A stretch of DNA of 62,202 nt, filler included. It is 5 parts of 5 records of this genome, joined end to end, with 100 filler letters (N's around TTAATTAATTAA, not from the genome) between each part and the next. Parts side by side here need not be neighbours in the genome. Positions count along the whole stretch, not along the records: positions 31,065 to 56,822 come from SRR20825019_1946; 4 more parts are not named here. The stretch is one strand, 5' to 3'. Positions 35,101-44,925 of the stretch are shown here, piece by piece. The position numbers and the translations under genes are program-made. Position 1 is the first letter of the stretch; the number at the start of each line of letters is the position of its first letter. Under the pieces are notes generated by a model. The model saw only the letters and a list, made by a program, of their open reading frames with translations, did not search any database and was not told the DNA's origin.

Positions 35101-37294
35101 CATGGGAGCAAGTTCTGATCTTGTGGACGGCTTGATGGCGATTGGAGATGTATACTTCTTTTCGGGTTTGTCTGATGACGCTCTGTCCCATTATCTTAAA
35201 TGTGCGGATGTTGCGAACGCCTGCAATGCCATTTCTAAAGCCGCCAGCGCCCACCTAAAGGCTGCGAAGTGTCACCGTCTACTTGAAGAACCGGAGGAAA
35301 CTGAACGCTGCCTTCGTGCCTCATTGAGATTGATCAAGATGGACCTTTCAAAGGTATCGGAGGATCCAAATGAAGTGCGTTTGAGGGTGGACACTTGCCA
35401 TGAAGCTCATGGAATGCTTGTTGGGGAGTTGGTGGACCAAGGGAAAGATAACGAGGCGTTCGAAACGTCTGAGCTTGGAAAAATTAGACATGTGTCCCAG
35501 CTCCTTGGAATGGCAATTGGCGGACTAAATTTCCAGAGTACCTTGCCAGGTGCTGCCCATGAGGACGCTGAGATAGATGTTAATGTTGTGGCCGAGATGG
35601 TTCGCCAGCAAAAAATTGAGGAGGGACAGCACCATCTCCACGAAACTGGGGGAGACGAGCAGGATCGCGCTGAAAGTGAAGCCAAGAATCTCGTCGCGCT
35701 GTCCCGTGGTGCCACCGTACCTCCTACATCTGATCACTTCTTGCCCGACCCAAGGACAAACCCTAAGCGATTCATCACTGTGGCCCAAGATAGCAAAACT
35801 CTCAAAGCGCAGGCCTCGCTTTCCGTTTCCGTGAACATCACCTACAACTTCTCTTCTCCTAAACTACACATTTTCCTTACGGGTCGGAACATTCCAGGAG
35901 GGCTGAAGCGTATAACAGTTGAGGCCGACCAAATTCTGTATGACCTTGCAGATGGAATGCCATTCTCACGTATTGTAGCTGACGCCCGGCGCTCCATGGA
36001 TGTCCTGCCTCTCGGCAGCACGCCATCTCCCGTGTCATCTACTGGCAAGGGAATCATGCCCCTAGAGGTCCTCGATAGAATCTTGATTGCCCCGATCGAG
36101 GAATTCCTTCCTAAGGATACCAGTGCTGTCATCCACATTATTCCTGATCCTATGATGTACCTGGTTCCGTTTGCAGCTCTCCATAGTCGTGGGAGCAACA
36201 CTCCATTCATCGCAAAGCACGCGTTTGTGTTACATTTGACGCATTCCTTACAGGCATTGAGTCATGCCAATCGGCAATGTAAGGATGCATCAGGACTTGA
36301 GCGCGAGAATCTGGTGTTTGGCGCTCCAATGATGCCCGTTACCGGGATTCCCCTTCGCACCTTACCAAAATTGGCTGGAATTCGCGCCGAGGTTGATGAG
36401 GTTGCCGCACAATTGCAGGCATTCAATCCACTAACTGAGGAAGCGTGCTCGGTTAGCGGAATCGAGAGAAGACTAGGAGAAGTCGAGTCCATTGGCGTGG
36501 TCCACTTTGCTACGCATGGTTTGATGGATGGCTTCGGTGAGAGCGGAAACGTTGGGCAGCTGGTGCTTTCGCCAACAGATGCCGAAACAAGGCAGGGCGG
36601 GTGGACATATGGTTATTCGAACTGGATTGAGAAGCCTTTGAGGGCTGATCTGGCCGTTCTTTCCGCGGCGAATCTCAGTGGTGGTCACGGAAATGGTGGC
36701 GATAAGCGGCTCACAGGAGAAGACGGGATGGCTCGTTTTGCCGGTTCTCTCATTGCATCCGGATGCTCATCTACATTAATATCGCAATGGTGTGTGCCAG
36801 ACAGTGCCCGACGATACTTCTTCAAGAAGTTTTACGCAAAGTTGACATCTTCGAACAATCGTGCCGTTGCTTTACAAGCTGCCATTCTTGCGAGTCGATC
36901 GAAGTATCCCAAAGAAAAGTTTTGGGCATCATTTACGCTATTTGGTGAATGTAGCTTCCACAAGGATGGTACAGCTGTTCCAAAACCCCCTCCTGAGCCG
37001 GAGACTGACGAAAATGGAGATGCTGATGGAAGCAGAACCCAGCCTGCTCGTTCGCGCGCATCGAATCGCCGCAGTACGTCGGCTAGAAAATCTTCGTCAC
37101 GGACAAAGAAGGGGAAGAAGGTTGGAAAGGGTAAAAAGAAGGAAGGCGGTGGTATGTTGGTCGCGAGCAGACAATCGGAGCACCCTCCTGCCGCCATTGA
37201 CGACCCCTCTGATATCAGGATCTACCCAATGTCGTCATCAGGCTCGACGGGTTCGTCTACGAGATCCAGCAACAAGAATTGCATCCTAATGTGA
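32183..37294 (+). CDS. GYF_2 - TPR array - CHAT domain protein (TTC28-like) with polybasic tail and CaaX box; single exon
   Basis: WYYVDNSGKAHGPVS (GYF_2); many TPR-like repeats; IIPD...LVPFAAL, VHFATHG, DLAVLSAA, SQWCVPD, FWASFTLFG; ends CILM. Confidence 0.88.
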   Translation: MQSLSRKTPILRRRSNLGVEDRWYYVDNSGKAHGPVSRDFLAALWLNGHLEAATEVRNDNWAEQTWSGISSLPDLYKWLQSKAITDKTQVGRVRKGGTDQALWELGPMEKEVKYESDDDEFTKEITTVLRNADENVLAQRIETAQEEEKASVDPREAMVFRSRHGKYNKTYQRPQTVGMMSTDVENINPRGTPFGLARTERPTTTFGEVERRPYPPTAINAERHKTFSRSQSTKNVGFSENTPRSQEDVDVSRLRPHSNTAVSDGKSPDERLAMPMDSRASSRGTARPMSLKSNNSSHSHPSQEVERVWRNRQMAESRQSMVSRGSVRIQGVSSVNGVPEPLYQHRNQDKSPDLDHEKAIDQMVNDVVLANASEKAHSHRWAPSRAKSYEEDSSKSGVFSSLGDEYFDLGNHKTALQYFERQLKTSRKEGDDNAEVSALLNCARAIYEMGERQEAMSHLEEAMQLAEDINDARGTCQALGTMGSWKLRENHHMEGLELFRQQYEVGKEIMVVSHIATALIGMGQASQALFRMNDALRYFGDSIDYLKELRDFKKMTAVFGLMGELYTSIGKHDEALEILEKQMNMASGLGESAIIADAWCSLGVANLAKGDHVEAVRCHREQLDIAMSRGNKGEEYAAYIAYGDALWMGRDFEEAIKAYEEGRECAEALESWEKLCKAHLKLTMALESIEHFERSIRLHNSVLTRLDHNPLSKNSVAGVEYRAYIEMHKGFCQQSLGNFNGARRSYENSLTHARQINSTLVQGKVKWRMAELMKEQGLSRQSTALFKQAREMYAIHNQKAKLEDGPALRDEGSVLEQTAFAHLSGGNVSKSIACLQECLDLLHNDRQDATDEDTHMKMEREMHINLHLADAHAAAGHHDLAVQYTVRCREIALLLEDKRMEANVLFKRGLSHKEMGSYDEAQEDLEAAQELFSSEVNTLAVAKTCCELGKLKTETESYQAIRLLTRANNLFENMGASSDLVDGLMAIGDVYFFSGLSDDALSHYLKCADVANACNAISKAASAHLKAAKCHRLLEEPEETERCLRASLRLIKMDLSKVSEDPNEVRLRVDTCHEAHGMLVGELVDQGKDNEAFETSELGKIRHVSQLLGMAIGGLNFQSTLPGAAHEDAEIDVNVVAEMVRQQKIEEGQHHLHETGGDEQDRAESEAKNLVALSRGATVPPTSDHFLPDPRTNPKRFITVAQDSKTLKAQASLSVSVNITYNFSSPKLHIFLTGRNIPGGLKRITVEADQILYDLADGMPFSRIVADARRSMDVLPLGSTPSPVSSTGKGIMPLEVLDRILIAPIEEFLPKDTSAVIHIIPDPMMYLVPFAALHSRGSNTPFIAKHAFVLHLTHSLQALSHANRQCKDASGLERENLVFGAPMMPVTGIPLRTLPKLAGIRAEVDEVAAQLQAFNPLTEEACSVSGIERRLGEVESIGVVHFATHGLMDGFGESGNVGQLVLSPTDAETRQGGWTYGYSNWIEKPLRADLAVLSAANLSGGHGNGGDKRLTGEDGMARFAGSLIASGCSSTLISQWCVPDSARRYFFKKFYAKLTSSNNRAVALQAAILASRSKYPKEKFWASFTLFGECSFHKDGTAVPKPPPEPETDENGDADGSRTQPARSRASNRRSTSARKSSSRTKKGKKVGKGKKKEGGGMLVASRQSEHPPAAIDDPSDIRIYPMSSSGSTGSSTRSSNKNCILM

Positions 37295-37378
37295 GCGAAC
37301 CGCCACTCCAGCATGCAGGCAAGCTTAGAGCTTAGTAAATAAGCAAGACACTTACACAAACAATTGGACTTTCCGGTC

Positions 37379-40300
37379 TCAGCGTTTACTTCGAGAACCC
37401 TTGCCTCCTAGATTCTGCCGTACTTTTCCAGCGGGAGAAAAGTCAGAATCCTCATTTGGATTCGACCGTCTCGGAGCCTCCCTCAAAGCGCCGCCTAACA
37501 TCGACCCGAACTCTTCAAAATCGAATCCGGCGCCATTATTGGAATTGCTGTTGACGTTTTCGCCAGTCCCAATTGAAACGCAGGGGCTCTTTCCAGGCGG
37601 CGGGGGCAACAGACCAGTGGTAGCCGGACGAGTATTAGGAGGGGGGTTGAGCAGCCCCTGTGGTTTGACTTGTGCTGCTTCGGGCTGGGGAACGGATGAG
37701 GGTCCTTGTTGAAGTCCGAGCACTCCTAAATCGGCTGGTCCATGAACTGGCTGAGGTGCCATTATGGGGCTTGCGCCGAGAGGAATGATGGCAGGGGGAG
37801 GTGGTGCGGTAGTGGTTTTCTGTTCGTACGCATCGAAGAGAGCTTGTTCAAACTCTTCAGCTGTAGTTGGAGCCGCGGAGTTTCCGACGACTGGTCGAGT
37901 TGACAGAAGCTTATTCATAGACATCTTCTCTGGAATCGTGTCACTGCCCTTTGGGTCCACTTTGCCTTTTGTGAGAGTTGGAATGTTCACTTTGGGAATG
38001 AAATCGGCCAGGGTATCCAAGGCCGAAGCTTCCACATTCGCTTTCGGCTCTTTAGGTAACTCGATTTCCTTTTCGGCTGCAGAATCAATACTCGGTACAG
38101 TGCCCTGACGAGACCCTTGTGCATCGATACTCGGTCCTGAAAAGTTTGAGGCGTCGTTCAAGCTCCCGGGAATGCCTACTTGAGATGGGGAACGTGGATC
38201 GAAGTCATCGTCAATTTCCATCATTGACATGGACTGATTTGTTCTTGTACCTTGCATTGAGGTACCCTCTACCGTTGGCCTTTTTGATGCCGCAGTGTTC
38301 ATCTCCATAGGAGAAGTTACCGCTGGATCCACTCTGGCCGTGACTGAGGGAGGCGCAGGAGGCGACACGAAGAGCGCTGTTCTAGGGGGACTAGCTCCGC
38401 CCTTCCCCATATCTGCCGCTTTTTCCACTACTGCCGCCGTTGCTGCGGTTGCGGTTGAAGATGCATCGCTCCCAATCGAAGACCTTGCTGCTGCAACAAG
38501 CTGTGCCGGGGGGGTTGGTGGAGTGAAGTCGTCGAGAAAGTTCAGGAAGTTGGCCCCTGTTGCCTCCTTCGCCTGGTTTTGTGAGCTCGTTGTTGCGTCT
38601 TCTTTTTTGAGGGATCCACCAAGCGACTGCCAGAACAGATCATCCAGTTCACGCTCTGTCATGAAACTGGACTCCGGAGTTTTGATTTCGATTTCTGCTT
38701 CATCAGGGAGTGTAGCATCACCAACACCCCCAGAACCGCTTTTGCCGTCGCTCGGCTCAGACTCTGGTCCCAGGTCTTGGATAGATATAACAGGCATCTT
38801 GATCGCAGCATGTTCTCCAGACTCCCTCTTTCCCTTCTGATTCCGTATACCTTCATATGCCATCAGTCGACTGTCCACCGCAGTTTTGATCATCTGGTGC
38901 ACACAGAACATAGCTGTATTATACTGCTTTTCGTTGAAGGCCTTCTCCACCAATAGTGGCATAAGAAATGGTAAAATTCGAGTAGCAGTTAGGTCAGGAC
39001 CAAGATATTTTGACAGCGCATCTGCAGTGCCCAAGACGCACATCAATACAGGGGCAGATCTGTCCACAGAGAGGGTAGAAACCAAAGTGGGAATAACATA
39101 ATCTACAACTGTATTCTTATCAAACTTCGAAAATATCTGACTCAAACACAACAAACAATTGACCCTAACCCGAAGAAATTTTGTGCCCGTGCATATCTCT
39201 CTTATCTTGGGCAGCACTGTGGTCTTAAGTGATCCAAACTCAATCATGAAAGAGAAGCGCGAGGTCTGCACCATAGCTTCTTCAAGCAAAGCAGAGTTAT
39301 TGCTCTCATATGCGCGAAACAGGAATGGTAAAAGTTTCGACTTGACCAACGCTTCTGGGCATTTGTTCATAAACACATCAATTCGTTGCAGTAACACTAG
39401 CAACATGTGACTGGCGTAACCTTCACTATGCTCAAGATCCAAGTACATTGAAATTCTCGGAAACGTCACATTCATGAAGTCAGACGACGTCTGATGCTCA
39501 CATATCGAAAGTAGATGGACCATTGCAAGTGGCCCCAGTTCCGGATTGCAGGCTTCTTCCAGCAAAACAGGAAATATCTTGCGCATTTGTAAGGACGGAT
39601 CGAACATCTTTAGGATCTCTTGAAATGACTTCAAAAATTTGACTTTCTCCGCATTGTCGTGATGCTCCATACTCTCTATATAGTGAAGGTATTTCACTGC
39701 GTCATCGTCGCCAAAGAGAGCATGCTTCATAAAATCAGCAGCCATTGGTCGAGTGGTTATGGTTTCGGTAGTTAGAATAGATATTAATGACTTCACCATG
39801 TCTGGAAGCCTAGATTCTCGTACAACAGACGCCACTTTGGTGAATGCTGCGCGATACTGCTCAAGCGTACCTGCTCTATCTGACATGGCATTGTTCCCAG
39901 CCGTATACCCATAAAATAAAGAAGAACCAAGGGAGTACATATCGGATAAGGCGGACACTTTCCGCCTAATCACTGCTTCAGGAGCACAGTGGTGTGCGCT
40001 AGGCACAGTACGGTACGGCAGTTCCGGCTCATTATCTTCCAGTTTCCAGGAAACGTCGATTTCCCTAGAGGTTCCCGTCATTTTCTGCATTTCAGACAAC
40101 TCCACGCTGAAGAAGAAACCTGCCAGTTTCCAAACACCCTTGGTGGTGATGTAAATGTTTTCCGGGGACACATCCATGTGGATCAACGAGCACGTCGAGT
40201 GACAGTAGTGCAGTGCATCAGCTATGTTGAGGGCCCCGCACTTGATATCGAGTTCCGATAATTCGATCAGCGGCTGATTGGTTCTTAAGCGCTCAATTAC

Positions 40301-40648
40301 TTCCGCAAGGCTTCCAACAACTGGCTCGGTGACCATAGCCACGATATCTCCACTATCACCAAGAGGCTCCTTGAGCCTCAAAATCATCGCGTGCTCTAGC
40401 TTGTTGACAAAGAAGGCATCTTTCCGAAGAAGCTCAAAGTACTCTTCCTGCTTTTCTTTCACGCCCTTTCGTTTCAGACCCGATGCTTTCTTTACAACTC
40501 CCTTGAAGTGCTTTTTTTCAGCCATAAATATCGAGACTTGCTCTCCGTTTGACCGCCGTCGGGCACTGTGGATATTCCATATTCCCCCGGGGCCGCCAAC
40601 AGTAGGACTACTGTCTATATCAAACTCCCTAGCTATCTTATTTCCCAT
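37379..40648 (-). CDS. SCYL2: SCY1-like pseudokinase (SCYL2/Scy1 type) with HEAT repeats; single exon
   Basis: GPGGIWNIH, VSIF, MVTEPV, HMDVSPENI, WKLAGF, HEAT region with RVRVNCLLCL; ATG 40648 (MGNK). Confidence 0.82.
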   Translation of the reverse strand: MGNKIAREFDIDSSPTVGGPGGIWNIHSARRRSNGEQVSIFMAEKKHFKGVVKKASGLKRKGVKEKQEEYFELLRKDAFFVNKLEHAMILRLKEPLGDSGDIVAMVTEPVVGSLAEVIERLRTNQPLIELSELDIKCGALNIADALHYCHSTCSLIHMDVSPENIYITTKGVWKLAGFFFSVELSEMQKMTGTSREIDVSWKLEDNEPELPYRTVPSAHHCAPEAVIRRKVSALSDMYSLGSSLFYGYTAGNNAMSDRAGTLEQYRAAFTKVASVVRESRLPDMVKSLISILTTETITTRPMAADFMKHALFGDDDAVKYLHYIESMEHHDNAEKVKFLKSFQEILKMFDPSLQMRKIFPVLLEEACNPELGPLAMVHLLSICEHQTSSDFMNVTFPRISMYLDLEHSEGYASHMLLVLLQRIDVFMNKCPEALVKSKLLPFLFRAYESNNSALLEEAMVQTSRFSFMIEFGSLKTTVLPKIREICTGTKFLRVRVNCLLCLSQIFSKFDKNTVVDYVIPTLVSTLSVDRSAPVLMCVLGTADALSKYLGPDLTATRILPFLMPLLVEKAFNEKQYNTAMFCVHQMIKTAVDSRLMAYEGIRNQKGKRESGEHAAIKMPVISIQDLGPESEPSDGKSGSGGVGDATLPDEAEIEIKTPESSFMTERELDDLFWQSLGGSLKKEDATTSSQNQAKEATGANFLNFLDDFTPPTPPAQLVAAARSSIGSDASSTATAATAAVVEKAADMGKGGASPPRTALFVSPPAPPSVTARVDPAVTSPMEMNTAASKRPTVEGTSMQGTRTNQSMSMMEIDDDFDPRSPSQVGIPGSLNDASNFSGPSIDAQGSRQGTVPSIDSAAEKEIELPKEPKANVEASALDTLADFIPKVNIPTLTKGKVDPKGSDTIPEKMSMNKLLSTRPVVGNSAAPTTAEEFEQALFDAYEQKTTTAPPPPAIIPLGASPIMAPQPVHGPADLGVLGLQQGPSSVPQPEAAQVKPQGLLNPPPNTRPATTGLLPPPPGKSPCVSIGTGENVNSNSNNGAGFDFEEFGSMLGGALREAPRRSNPNEDSDFSPAGKVRQNLGGKGSRSKR

Positions 40649-40844
40649 GAAAGAGCTACGACTCGCAGTTTCCCGACGCCATAAAAGCACATCAACTGTG
40701 TCTACTATCCAGTTGGGAAATGATTTTAAACGTATTGGACTCAAGTGTCGGAAAGACTGGCTGATAGCGGAGCTGAGCGTCAGCCCCAGTCTGCAAGGGG
40801 CGTGGTTGGCCTCTTGGTTGGCTATACCGGCCCAACAGCAGCCT

Positions 40845-41086
40845 GAGCGCAGCCGCCGGCCTCGCCGCCCCGACCGGACCGGGAGTCGGAGCGCCCGCGC
40901 CGCCCGGCCCCGCGCCGGGCTGGCAGCAGGCGAGTCGGCGCGGGGGCGCCGCCCCCGGCCGCCCCGGGCGCGCGTCAGACGGGAGCCCCGGTCGGCGGGG
41001 CCGCGGCCCTGGCCGGCACGGCGGCCGCGGCTGGCGTGCGGGGGCCCGGGACGGCGCCGGTTTGGCGCGGCGCTCGGGGCGGCGTG
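40845..41086. promoter_or_regulatory. Ultra-GC-rich island upstream of SCYL2
   Basis: 40861-41040 has 20 A/T in 180 nt (89% GC); abrupt switch to AT-rich sequence near 41090. Confidence 0.6.
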
Positions 41087-41625
41087 AACTGAACAGCCGT
41101 TATAGCTATGTATAGTATCAAATCGTATTCCGAAGTTCGGGTTTTACCCCCATGAATGGCGATATTTGAGGTGACAAAGAAATCAGGCCAAAGTATGAGT
41201 GCATCACTGATGCCCGCGGAAAAAAGCATGACCTAATGTATAGCTTTGACCGAGCCATGTGGATCGGAACGAGTCGAGGTCTACCTAACCGCGGTGGGTT
41301 CATCTAAGAACACCAAAAAGTGCTGCAGCTGTCCTTATCGCTCGAAGTGCTTGACTAGTACTGGCAGTTCCCCGATTCCCTAAAGGTTGCCATCATCAAC
41401 ACCTTTCTAAGCTAGTTTCCAGAGCATCAATCTATTCTATTGTCTGCCAGAAGCGACTTGACGACTGCAAGGAAATGCAGTACAGCCCAACAGTCCCATG
41501 ACACTAATGAAGTAGCAATACCCCAACCCAGCACTGTGCACGTCGACAACAAAGAAACACTCCAATTTACGAAACGGTAGAGTATGACAAAAATGAGAGC
41601 CCTGCCAATCACAAGCCTCACTACT

Positions 41626-42394
41626 CTAATCCATGCGCCCCTTCAAAGTGCGAGTAATCACTCCGGTAGGAGTTCTGTGTTTTCCTCGTAAATTCCCGGA
41701 ATAAAGAAAAAAAACATACTCACATTACTGACACAATTCCACCCCAACCAGAAAGGCAGTCTCTATCCACAGCAGCAAGCAAGCACTGGCTGGCAACTTC
41801 GAACAACTCCTCGGGATTCTACGCAATAAATAGTCTTAGGAAAATCGAAGTGCCATCACAAGACCCACAGTACCATTCCCGGCCTCCAGAAAGTCTCACA
41901 AGTACCCAATAGATTCTCATTTGCAGTTCCCGCACAGCAGAAGGAATCAGACTTAACAATGCAACCAAGGAGATCCATATCACAGATAAACGGCTTGTTG
42001 TCCTTGTCAAGGCCAGCAACAATGGGCTCGATGAACCAAGGACCAAAACGGCGAGCGTAGAGAGTAGAAGACACCAAGTTAGCCAGAGTTTCCGGCTGAA
42101 TGTCACGCTCCTCCTTCAGTTTATACATGTTCACCTGAAACTTCAACTTCTGCAAACTAGGGTATTCTATTAGCCAGATATCTTCACCTATAGTCAATAT
42201 TCATACACTGTCTGAATATCGGTCGCAAGCCCACTCAAACCAAGAAAGGTCTTATCGTTAATCTGGAAAGCCTTGGGGAAGTCACAAGATACAGTTTGCT
42301 GCTGAACGCCCAAACGCAAGTCACTGGCAATTGCAACGCAGTTTTCGCCGCACATAGCAATCACAGCGGAACCATTGTGCTCAAGGATCGACAT
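41626..42394 (-). CDS. PSMB3: 20S proteasome subunit beta-3, 3 introns
   Basis: MSILEHNGSAVIAM, GLATDIQT, RRFGPWFIEP, DRDCLSGWG, TLKGRMD*. Confidence 0.95.
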
Positions 42395-42929
42395 CTTGCC
42401 CGCTTGCTATCCCTGCTGGTTCTCTCAAAATTTAAATATTTGACCAAAACGAGTTTCACCGCTAGGCGTTGACTGCGGCTGTGCATCGCAAGAAAGTGAA
42501 AAGTAGCAATTCCTTCTTGGGTAAAGTGGGCGTTCCGCGGGTGGGACGCTGTGCAGAAGCACAACATGACAGGCCTCACATACCGGCCGCCAGCAAGGTG
42601 GTTCAATATGGAACAATAGCCAAAATGGACAACCCCGCCAGCCATCAGGCTTCCACTTGAGCAGCCAAATGGCGCCCGGCCGTGCCTCACTGCGGGCTGG
42701 CCTTCCAACCGGACATCGCATGACACTTCGCACGCCCAGCACGGAAATTGGCAGCGCCAACCACCCTCTGCGTACGAGGGAAACCAGACAACGAAATTGA
42801 ACGGGTCGACTCGGGAGTTACCCTCGAAATACCAAGATACTATAGAGATTGTCTGAGATACTATTGGGATTGTTCGACCAATTTGATTTTTAACCCTCAA
42901 GACCAAACCAGCCGTCCGGTGGAGCTGAG

Positions 42930-43320
42930 CCGGCCACTCACAGGAAGCCGGCCGGTGCCTTTGCCAGCGGTTCAGCGGGCCTGAGTGGTTCGTTTCATAC
43001 CGTACTGACATGGTGGGCGAGTGGCCGGCCGGCCCGGCGCAGTCGCCGCCGCGAGGCGCGTCCGCCCGTCGGCCCAGGGCCATATGGTTGCGCGGCCCGG
43101 CCCGCCCCGACGGCGGCCGCCGGCCGGCAGGCCCGGGCCCCACCCGGCCGATACCCCGGCCCACCCCCGGGCCCTGCCCCAGAACTCCAGCATGAACCGG
43201 CGCTGGCCAGTCGGCAGATCGGCCGAGCTTCAGCGTCCACGCCCTGGTCTGTCCCCAGCAGAACTGCCACTGGCACCCAGCCTCCAGCGTCGCAACCGCG
43301 TCCCGGTAGTGGTCCGCTGT
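42930..43320. promoter_or_regulatory. GC-rich island in the bidirectional PSMB3/RPN7 promoter
   Basis: GGCCGG-dense block between the divergent starts at 42394 and 43448. Confidence 0.6.
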
Positions 43321-43447
43321 ACCGCAGTCGTATTTGGAGTGCTGCCAAGAGGCCCTACTGCAAACGAGTAAGCTCTCCGCGAACAACATATTCCAATTTT
43401 TAGTGACAAATATTTGAATTTTACGAGGTTAAGCGGTGAGGGTTGTT

Positions 43448-44828
43448 ATGGCGTACACCGAGGAAGATATCAAGGACGTCGTGCCCCAGTTGAGCTTGGC
43501 ACAGCATAGGTTCACGCTGTCCCTTGATGATGATGTTGCTAACGGGTTCAAGAAGGATGAGGCGAAGGCAGAGCTTGAAAAGGAGATCAAGGCTCACAGT
43601 AAGTAGATATTGATTTCTTTGGAGAGTCTGGTGTAACTGCTGGTGCAGATATGGTAAATTTCTATGAGGACACATGCAAGCGGTTGAACTGGATTGTGGA
43701 CGAGAAACTTGTCGCTCAGATGAAGGAGGCTAACGCGAAAGTTGTTGCTGACTTGGATTCCAAGGTCAAGGAGGCCGAGGAGCAGGAGGGTGAAAACGAA
43801 GTTCGTGAGCTGATGCTTGCCAAAGCCGAGCATTACGTCCGCATTGGCGATAAGGTGTGTTGTAGTTCCCCTTATAGCTTGAGTGTGCCTTACAAGCCTC
43901 CAGGAAACTGCCCTTGTTTCTATCGAGGAGACTATGAAAAAGACTATTGGCCTTGGCCAGAAGCTTGATCTTGTTCTCATGACTATCAGGATGGGCTTTT
44001 TTGTTGACGACCATGATCTTATTAAGAGCGAGATTGATAAGGCCAAACAGCTATTGGATAAGGGTGGAGACTGGGAGAGGAGGAACCGCTTGAAGGTTTA
44101 CGAGAGCCTGTACCTGATGACCATCAGAGAGTCCAAGAAGGCGGCTCTTCTCTTCCTTGAGTCTGTGGCGACCTTCACTGCTTATGAGCTCATGGACTAC
44201 AATAGATTTGTCTTTTACACAGTTCTTACCAGCGTTGCTTCTCTAGATCGTAATACTCTCAAGTCTAAGGTATTGGGATTGGTTACGCGATAGCACATAT
44301 AATGCTGATAGGGTGACTTGTAGGTTGTTGATGCACCCGAAATTCTTTCTGTGATTAGGGACATTCCCCACATATCGCCTTTCCTGAATTCGCTTTATGA
44401 GTGCAAGTATGATGAATACTTTAAGAGCTTTGGTAGGTGCATTTCCGGTGTGTGTCTCGGTTTTTATTGAGACTGTATTCCTAGCCGATATCTGTGATCA
44501 GATTCGCCTGGACCGGTATATGTCCCCCCATTTCCGTTTCTTCTGCAGGGAGTACCGCATTGTCGCCTATACTCAGTTCCTGGAATCTTACATGAGCGTC
44601 CGCTTGGAACGCATGGCTGAGTCTTTCGGTGTAACCACTCAGTTCATGGATCGCGAACTGGCCAAGTTCATCGCAAGTGGCCGTTTGAACTGCAAGATTG
44701 ACAAAGTTGGCGGTGTTGTGGAGACCAACCGTCCTGACAACAGAAACGCTCAGTATCAATCGACCATCAAGCAGGGTGATATTCTGCTGAACCGTATCCA
44801 AAAGCTCTCTCGCGTAATCGATATGTGA
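43448..44828 (+). CDS. RPN7: 26S proteasome lid subunit RPN7/PSMD6, 4 introns
   Basis: [58 protein letters not shown]. Confidence 0.95.
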
Positions 44829-44925
44829 ATAACATGTACGCGAACGCCTTTGAGTCTGTACAGGCTCCATTTGATATTCACTCTCTGTGAGATAAATATG
44901 TGGAGCAATCAACAATCACATGAAA

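Noticed and set aside
32183-37294. Lack of introns in the CHAT gene as evidence of recent bacterial HGT
   Set aside because: SCYL2 and the first HRQ1 exon are also multi-kb and intron-free, and the protein has a eukaryotic CaaX box
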